From Lingula anatina (taxonomy: Eukaryota > Animalia > Brachiopoda): DNA of 64,000 bases. Within the stretch, counting starts at the first letter, position 1; each line of letters starts with the position of its first letter. The notes beneath the pieces were generated by a model. It was given only the letters and a program-made list of their open reading frames with translations, made no database searches and was not told the DNA's origin. The translations under genes and the position numbers were made by a program. Positions 25,601 through 64,000 of the stretch are shown piece after piece. The DNA lies in assembly GCA_051362555.1 (NCBI GenBank), contig CM120642.1, positions 14,632,001 through 14,696,000 of the forward strand. The letters are read 5' to 3'.

Positions 25601-27226
25601 GAAGACTAACTGCTATTGATCAGAACTTGATTACATCGTGAAGTTATGATTGATCACTTATGGTGCCTGAATTAACCTTTCTTAAAGCTTATTATGAACC
25701 GATGACCAGTGGACACGTGCTGTCAGTAGGGCAGGCAAATATATCATTTCTCTGGTCAAAACACTGTCGGTAATTCTGCACTTGGAGGCTGGGTTTTCTT
25801 AGAAAGTTGTGGCCGGGTCTGAGATGTGCTGTTTGATGGGTTTTGTAGTACTATACTAGTGAGGTCGAAGCACATGTTTTGTATGCAACACCTTTAAAAT
25901 GCACCAAAGCCTCCACGCACACGCACACACACACATGCACACGCACACCCTCGCGCACACACATACGCAGATCTAATCATCCTACACCATTCAATACAAA
26001 ATTCAGGACTAATATTCAGTATTTGTGCCACAAATATCAATGAGAGAGGCGATTTATGTCTTTTGCAAATTTCAGAAACATAAATTCAGTTCCTGCAGTT
26101 TGTGTTTAATGGTGCGGGGGAATTTTTATCGGATATCAGACTCGTCCATATAAAAAATTCTGCCCTTCTTTCTACCGATTGTATATCCCTGCATAAAACC
26201 ACAGACAATGTCAACGAATGGAATATAACAGACATGAAGTTATCCAGAGAACACAGACATGTTAAATCAATACATAAACACACGCTGCACACGGGATCCT
26301 ATATGTAACTAGTGGCAGCTCATGACGCCGGCTGATTTTCAGTAAAATCCAGCATTTTGATGTTGTGGAATCAGACGTATGATTGTTCTGATCACTGATT
26401 ATTATACAGCTTAAATAAGAAACTCTGTGCCCAGTTTAGAATCACCGTTTCTGAAAATGATTTTGTACCGGTAATGCCAAATAGGTAGCTTCAGCTACCA
26501 AGAATCACCAAAAGGTTATCTTTAGCCTGGCGTCTAAAATAATCGAATCGTCTTTGATAATTTGCTTCTCTTCCCTATCGAATTGACAAGAAGGGAATCG
26601 GCCGTAAGTCTCAAACGCAAAATGCCAAATCCACCTTTTTATCACTCCTCACATCAAATTCCAGTGTCATGCAACGTGCGTCTGTCCTCAGATTTGCGGA
26701 GACCCTTTTCGTTGTAGCGTCAGGCCTTCCTGTGCCCCACAGGACCCGCCAGTCATCGATTTTTGCCTACTGTTTCATCAGATAATGCACAAAAACATTC
26801 ATCACGGGGAGCTGAGGTAATTAGTTTAAATTTACAATTCTAGAGCACCGTGTTCCACTGCGCATGTCTCGGGTCTGATGGAGTGCCTATGCTTTCTGCA
26901 TTAACCATAGCAAGAACAGCAAGATGACGGCATTTATAAAAAAGAGAACAGCAGGGGGCCAAGGGGAGAGGAAACGAAGGCTCCATTGAATTGAGTGTGT
27001 TAGTGTGTTGGTAGTAGTGCTCTATTTATCAGTTATAACAAATACCGGGCAACAGGAGCAAAAGCGCAAGACAACTGAAAAGCAGCACTGGGAGAGTAGA
27101 GTGATTTTAAATATGCGATACTTTCTATTGCACTTTACTGGAAGACATCTGTTTCAGTCCCCTGACAAAGACATTTATTCACAATGTGTCTGTAGTCGGT
27201 GATTCTGCAATATAAAAAACGGCATC

Positions 27227-44229
<17,003 letters not shown>

Positions 44230-44310
44230 GTGGATATATCCTGACATCTTTGGTGGATATGTCCTGGCGTCTGTGGTGGATATGTCCTGGCGTCTGTGGT
44301 GGATATATCC
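44230..44310 (+). repeat. Short ~23-bp tandem repeat directly after the iGluR1 stop codon
   Basis: GTGGATAT(G/A)TCCTG(G/A)C(G/A)TCT(G/T)TG, about 3.5 copies. Confidence 0.8.
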
Positions 44311-45090
44311 GCGTGCTCATAGCTTTGATGGCTAGGGCCAGGCTTTTATAAACATAAATCTCTTGTTTCCTCGAGTAATCCTTACGAGTACAATCACAGG
44401 ATTTATACTAAACACGGTATCAATTGCTGCCGCCATTCGAACTCGATCACCCCAGGTATAAAACAATGTTAGGAATACCTGTCGGTCCAAAATGTTTCTC
44501 ACAGTCCTCGGATTCCAATTCAGTCGTCTTGAGATAACTCGTAAAATCTCTTGTTAAGTTGCACGTGACTTCCACATGATTGGTGACATTATCAAGATGT
44601 AACAGTGTGCCCATGAGCAAAGAAATGTTTTTGCACACTGAGCATGACTCAACCAATAGAATGAAGTTTGAAAGTATGAAAATGTGAGTCTACAGACGAA
44701 GAGGCAGCAAGAGTTGGAATCAGACTTTTGTGTAGGTAGAATGACATACACATTTAGAAGCGCCACAAACATCAAGTAGTGATATAAAAACTAATATGCC
44801 TTTCTACTAGTTGTTGTTTTCGTCTGAGGTATCAAGTTATATGTTGTTCAGAAGGCACGATCACACACAACTTGCATGTGTATTGAAATCGTGCTGTAGA
44901 ACTTTTTGCCCGTTTTGTCCAAAAACGTAAATAAAAGTTTTAACGCATGATTTTTAGTGTAGGTTGGAAGTGAGCAGTAGGGTCTATACAGTTTCTGAAA
45001 TCTGACTTAAATGCAAAAAAATATTTCGTTTCTACGAAAGAACAAAATCGTGCTAGATTAAGTTTAAGAATAGTCCATTGCAGCAAAGTA

Positions 45091-45668
45091 ATACAGGAGG
45101 CTCCAAAAAGATGTAACACGATATTTTATTAACAATATCATTTCCCGGCACTGAAAGGAAACGTCGAGCGTACATGAACACTATGATTTATTAGCAGGAT
45201 GAAGCAACACCGCATTGCTCTTATGCTTCCCTTCAATTCCTTCTTTGTTACTTTCCTGAAGACAGGTTCCAGTCGCACGTGTCACCCTAGGTCTGCACGT
45301 TTTCCAGACCTTTCGCCTTTGGGTTATTTTTTGTGGGGATGCCTAAAGGACATTGTCTGTGTCAACAATCCCCATACTATATTGAAGTATAACATTCGAA
45401 CGGAGATCAGGACAATATCCCTGTGACATGTTGAACATTGTGATTACAGACTTGTCACAGTAATTCAGCACCATGAAGCTTGGATCGAGCCCATAACAAG
45501 CTTTTTAGCTTAGCTCGCAAAATGGTGGTATAACAGGAAAAATTCCCACTAATCAAAACTTACAAGTCTGAAAGACAGGTCTATGAAAAACGTTTGTAAA
45601 GCTTTCCTTTCAATAGAAAATACTACTTTTATCAAAAAATGGGCACGTCTTTTTTGACCACTCATATA
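45091..45668 (+). mobile_element. Degenerate, internally deleted Tc1/mariner-superfamily element
   Basis: ORF 45199-45426 contains RFPDLSPLGYFLWGCLKDIV (cf. RSPDLTPLDFFLWGYLKD of mariner-type transposases); degenerate ends TACAGGAGGCTCCAAAAAGA ... TCTTTTTTGACCACTCATATA. Confidence 0.7.
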
Positions 45669-47499
45669 TCAGAATTGAAGTTAATTTATTTTTAGTGATT
45701 AACGCTCTTGTTTTTCGGTTTTGTACCCATTAATGATATTATATTTGTTTATGATATAATAATCCTTTATCTAGCAATATATTGTATTTATAGCATCGTC
45801 ACTTAGTTAACTTGTAAATATACTTGGCAACGTGTTGTCCAGTCAATTTAATTATCAATCATTCTTTATTAAATTGCATAAACTAAGTATTGTGTGTGTA
45901 TTGGCATGCATAGGTCAAGGAACACATACAAGCCTTTCCTGTCTCTTGCATAGGGCGACCTCAGTCGGTAATTTTCATAACTACAAAAATGTTTGATCTG
46001 TGTAATCAGATTGCACAAATATTGTCACACTGTATCACACATTCACTTAAATTGAAAGGTTTAAGATTTAAACTTTAAGATTTAAGTTTTAGTCCGTACA
46101 ACGTTACTTGAAGTTAAGTGCCACTTTAGCCAAAGCAGTTCTTAGCTTTAAGATACTTTTGAATTGTGTTTTAGATTCAAGTAATTCAATGACCTCCTGG
46201 TTAACGGAAATGCATCTTCTGTGTTTTACGTTGGGCAACTGTTGTAAGTGTTCCACATTATATGGATGGAGTATAATAAGTCAGTTAATCTTCACCTTTT
46301 TTTGATGGCGACACTTCAAGAAGAACAAAGGTCGATACATTTTGTTACATATACATAGTATTTCTTGTATGCAATGGCACTTTAAGAAGCAGTTGGTCGA
46401 ATAGATTTTAACATAGTATAACATTTGTACGTCTTGTTTCCTATTAACCACGTCAATTCCGTTTCTGAATTAGATATTTGGATATTATTTATGTAAATGT
46501 ATGTTTCGGGTTATGTAAATTGGGCGCATGTGTATTATTGTCTTTTTTATATTGAATAAAGCTAACTACAAGGATGTTACGAAATGTCACATGGCGCTGA
46601 TAATATCATGTTTGCTAAAGAGTTTCCTTTATTTTACCGTTTTGCTGATTTATTTTAAAAGTATGCACGTTTTAATCTATTTAATACAATAACCTTTCCT
46701 TTTTACAGATTCTAGTTTTTGTTTAACATCCTAAGACATACATCAATGATTGGTCGAAATGGTCCGGCTTTTTAGTTACGTATGACTTAAACAGTGGCTT
46801 TTTTGTCGTTTGTGAGAAATTTGGAGTTTATTACGATATAATTATTTGACCCCATGTGAACAATGCTTAATAATAACAGCGTACAGTAAAACACGGATTT
46901 GTTGTCTGTTGTTATATAAAGCAGATAGCACGTAAGTTATTGATAAATTCAATTGCAAAGTTGTTATAAGTTTTCGGGGTTAACATTTTTATTCATTTAA
47001 TGTTTTAATTAATAAATGCTTTAAACGATAAAGAGATATTAATCAATGAATAAACATTTTTGAACCTAGGTTCACATACATGTACTATTGAATTCAAACA
47101 ATCTTAACGTCAGTTAAAAAAAACATAAGTGTGCTCCTGAAAGAAGAGAGATGCCATAAATGCTCTCTTCAGATGTATTTGCCAAGTATATAACATAATA
47201 TAAAGAACGTTTTAAACTTTTGTCGGTATTCGTATAATGGTACTCACTTCTCTCCACAAAACACCGCCATTTTGCCTTTTAGTGGTACAGTATGGGTTAA
47301 ATACGTGAGCTTATACGATCGATATACTGCTTTTACCATAGACAGTAATGGACTGTTTGGTTAAAATAGCATTTTTTCATAAAGATGGAATAACGGCTAC
47401 TGGTGTCTCAAGGTTGTGACTTCTATAATAAAGAAACATATCTCGACTTGAGACTTACGTACACCATAGTATATGTGGGTGTCATTTTAAAATAACCAT

Positions 47500-48000
47500 T
47501 TGCTTAATAGAGGAATATTGATAATCATTTCTTTAAGAACATGCAAGGGGCAAATGTACTTTTTGCATGGGTGGAAGCGCCTACGTTTATTACAGTGGCA
47601 ACACAGGGCCTCCACAATGTTATGCTTATAATGGCAAACGTCATTAAAACACGGGCACATATTGGGTCCTACATTAGGCCTAACTGCTTCATTAGCAAAC
47701 ACTTGTCGTTATGGGCGCTTTCCCAAAGTTGACATTTGGTCAAACTAACTAGCTGCGATCTATACTGAGGTCATGTAATTAGTGTACTATATGAAACCAA
47801 TCTGACCTCCTCTCTGGTGACTCGGACAAGGCTTGTAATACTCTGTTGCCTTCTGCTTTCTTCTGGCCTACTGTGGTAGCACTTTCAAAGTTAGGTCGAT
47901 CCAAATTGGCTGGAAAAGTACTTGCGGTACTGAGTGTACCCAGCAGGGCGGGAAACAAAGCTTGATTAATAGTCTGCGTTATTACGTTATCTCTATTAGA
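47500..48000 (-). mobile_element. Probable decayed non-LTR retrotransposon (CR1/L2-like RT C-terminal region)
   Basis: Frameshifted minus-strand fragments KKAEGNRVLQAL and EEVRLVSYSTLI resemble the KANR.LG and VK..AY.TLVRP motifs that follow LINE RT domains; heavily degraded. Confidence 0.35.
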
Positions 48001-48234
48001 ATGTGTGGTCGATACAATCGAAACATCTTCTCTATGGTTTAGATAGATTGGTTGAGCTAAGTGGGACCACAATTTAGATGAAACGTTGTACATATCCCCG
48101 TGAGAAAAGTGCATATAAAATGTGAATTTCGAACCGATTTCCGAAAACAGTATTTGTGTCTCTATTATTATTTTTTATTTGTAGTCGTGGTCCATCATTT
48201 TTTATTGCATAAAAAATTGCTTTGTGGCTTTCTG

Positions 48235-48236
48235 AA

Positions 48237-48283
<47 letters not shown>

Positions 48284-48287
48284 AATA
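48235..48287. repeat. (AATA)n microsatellite
   Basis: Direct reading. Confidence 0.95.
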
Positions 48288-50246
48288 ACAAAAGTCCTCG
48301 CCTCACATACACACATACATATATACATGTATATCATATATTTATCTTTGACAAGAAAAATATATATAGCTTCGTAAACTTAGATATCCCTTTTACTACT
48401 AGCTGCGTACATCATCAACAAATTGTGTGTGTTAAATAACCCACATGTATGATAATCCATGCATGCACATGGTCAGCACGAAGGTACGCTGGAGGGGGGG
48501 GGGGGATGATCACCAACTATAGTTGTGTTGATGCAACCAAAAACTATTTTTTTTACATGCACGAACACGCGTCGGTTAAACTTTGGCACATATACATGTC
48601 AACCAAAATATTATCTAATTCCATTCATGTCACTTAAAACCATGTAATACAATCACCTGACGCATGTATTAATAATATGTAATGACTAGTAGGGGTTTGC
48701 ATGCATATATTCTTATGTGCTTACAGCAGCGTTGCTAGCTGATAAATTCTGCGTGCTCATTAAACATAGATCAGCCATACGAGACCTTCCTGGAAGCAAA
48801 CTGCGAGTGTACCGCACATACCTTTCATATATTAATACACCTTCATAATAGTTTAACCAGTGTGATTGTTTTAAATCCAGGCGTACGTATTGTGACGTTT
48901 CTCGTGTTTTTTATAATTTTATTTACAATTATTTTTTAATTTATAATATTATATATTTAAAATATTAATTATTTATAATGTAAATTTACCATGATTTTTA
49001 TTGCTTAATGTGTTCTGATTGTTACTGGCGAAACAGAGATTTTATCTGAGTATCACATTGCACACAGTTGCCAAAGCGTAATAGCAAGCTTAAACAATTA
49101 ATGGGGCTTTCGAGTTAGGCATCTTGCTGTGAACAGGATAAAAATCAGATATAAGTGTCATGTTTTCACCAGTGCATGCTGGTTTATTCTGAAAGATACA
49201 AAAGGTATTGCTAATAGTGTAAACTTCTAATTTCTACTTTTACACAGAATTTCCCTTATATTAAATGCCACAAACTTAACTTACATGAACAAAATATAAA
49301 AACGAAAAAATATTGCTCAAAAGATAATCACGTCTTTAAACACGTTCAGCACCGTATTGGCTTTAAAGATGATTGTCCTCGCGAGAATAGAAACAAATGT
49401 AATCGGACCGCCTTGATTGACAAATATGGGAACATGATATCGATTCATTAAATTGGTTTGAGAGCGGATTTTATCCAGTAGAATACATCATACTATGTAT
49501 AGTGGGCAATGAAACGCCTCTACTGCTCTCCGCCATAGCTTTTCCCTTTCAATTGACAGTAAATAATACATTCCCAGGACGCGCTTTTAAGTGTTTTGGG
49601 GTGAGATAAGTCATCAGTCCTATGTTAAGGTTGGAGATTCTCTCAGCAAACTCTCTATTTAAGGCAGCCGAAGACAGCATTGCCAAATGAGCCTGTTTAA
49701 TGTTGCATGTTCTTTTCCAAAGCAGTTGAGTGGTATATGGTCAACATTTCCTGCTGGCTTAGCATTTTAATGTTAAAACACACTCTCCCAGTGGGGGAAA
49801 AGGCAAGTAATGATTGCATAGAAAGCCAGCAAAGGAACACACAATTACCTCTCTTCACTCACAAGAGTCTCTTGTCGATCGATTTCTGTCTGGCATTTCA
49901 ACAGATAATGTACAAAGCAAGCTTAACAGAGAGTCGTGGTAATTTGTTTAAATTTACAATTTTCCTTGATTGCCCAAGCAAACAAGAACACTTGAGAGTG
50001 CTGCTTCATTTCTACGTTGACTCTCGTCAATAGTCGGAATTGGTGACGGTATTATGCGACCGTTGTTTCTATTCCTAATATTGTTAGGACAGGAATTGTT
50101 GTCATGAAATATATATTGTGCCCTGCGTGATCCAGCGGGATGCGATGGGTACGCAGCGTATACTAGTGGGCAGTTCTCGCTGAAGAAAACCAGTTCGCAG
50201 TCGCTATCGGAATAACGTTTCATGCCTGATAGCAGCAACAGTGACA

Positions 50247-63551
<13,305 letters not shown>

Positions 63552-64000
63552 GTGAGTGGTTTGGACAGCGTTATTTTATTCTTATGTCGAGTGCCAGTTT
63601 CTGTTACACATGCAGTGTGTTTATGTGTTATTACTAGTATACATACCACTTGCTTCAACAGCCAGATATACACATGCATGAATAATACTTCGACTTTTCC
63701 AAACCAAGAATTCGATAGAATTAAACTATTCAAAGAGCTCAGACAATCTGTTGACGTCAATTTAGTGTACATTCTTTATAAGAAAGTTGTGGACGCAGTC
63801 GTAGCCCCCTCGCACGTGCTTGTTCGCCTAAATATGGCACCAACACACTATTTACATGTAGCTGGATGAGCACAATATTGCAGTAGTGGTATTACGTGTG
63901 CGTGTGTGTGTTTGTGTGAGTGCTATCGAAATCAAATGCAGTGGCATTAAATGTGAAAATTATTTTATTCTTGCGTCCATTTCCGAAATTGATTTGCTAC

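Overview
AT-rich, intron-rich animal (invertebrate) genomic DNA. A marine deuterostome is plausible, but that is inference only. The window holds three neurotransmitter-receptor genes. (1) A minus-strand Cys-loop anion-channel subunit (glycine/GABA/GluCl superfamily, ~17.0-21.7 kb) whose ligand-binding residues are almost all non-canonical. (2) Head-to-head with it, a complete 17-exon AMPA-type glutamate receptor (27227-44229, 933 aa). (3) A tandem AMPA-type paralog starting at 50247 and running off the window end; it carries one extra intron absent from the first paralog, with a Helentron-like element end next to its acceptor. The most unusual region is 2.5-8.2 kb: a predicted TATA/Inr-driven, multi-exon, apparently non-coding unit. 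It contains a tandem array of 12 near-identical ~80-nt GT-AG introns separated by 51-52-nt exons, then a second 52-nt repeat array that is partly complementary to the spliced exon repeat, then a 70-nt repeat. The rest is non-autonomous transposon sequence (Helentron-type elements carrying nascent satellite DNA, Tc1/mariner and TTAA MITEs, a degenerate LINE), microsatellites, and a perfect 226-bp intronic palindrome. All gene models were built by eye from splice signals, phase and family motifs; no expression data or database searches were available.
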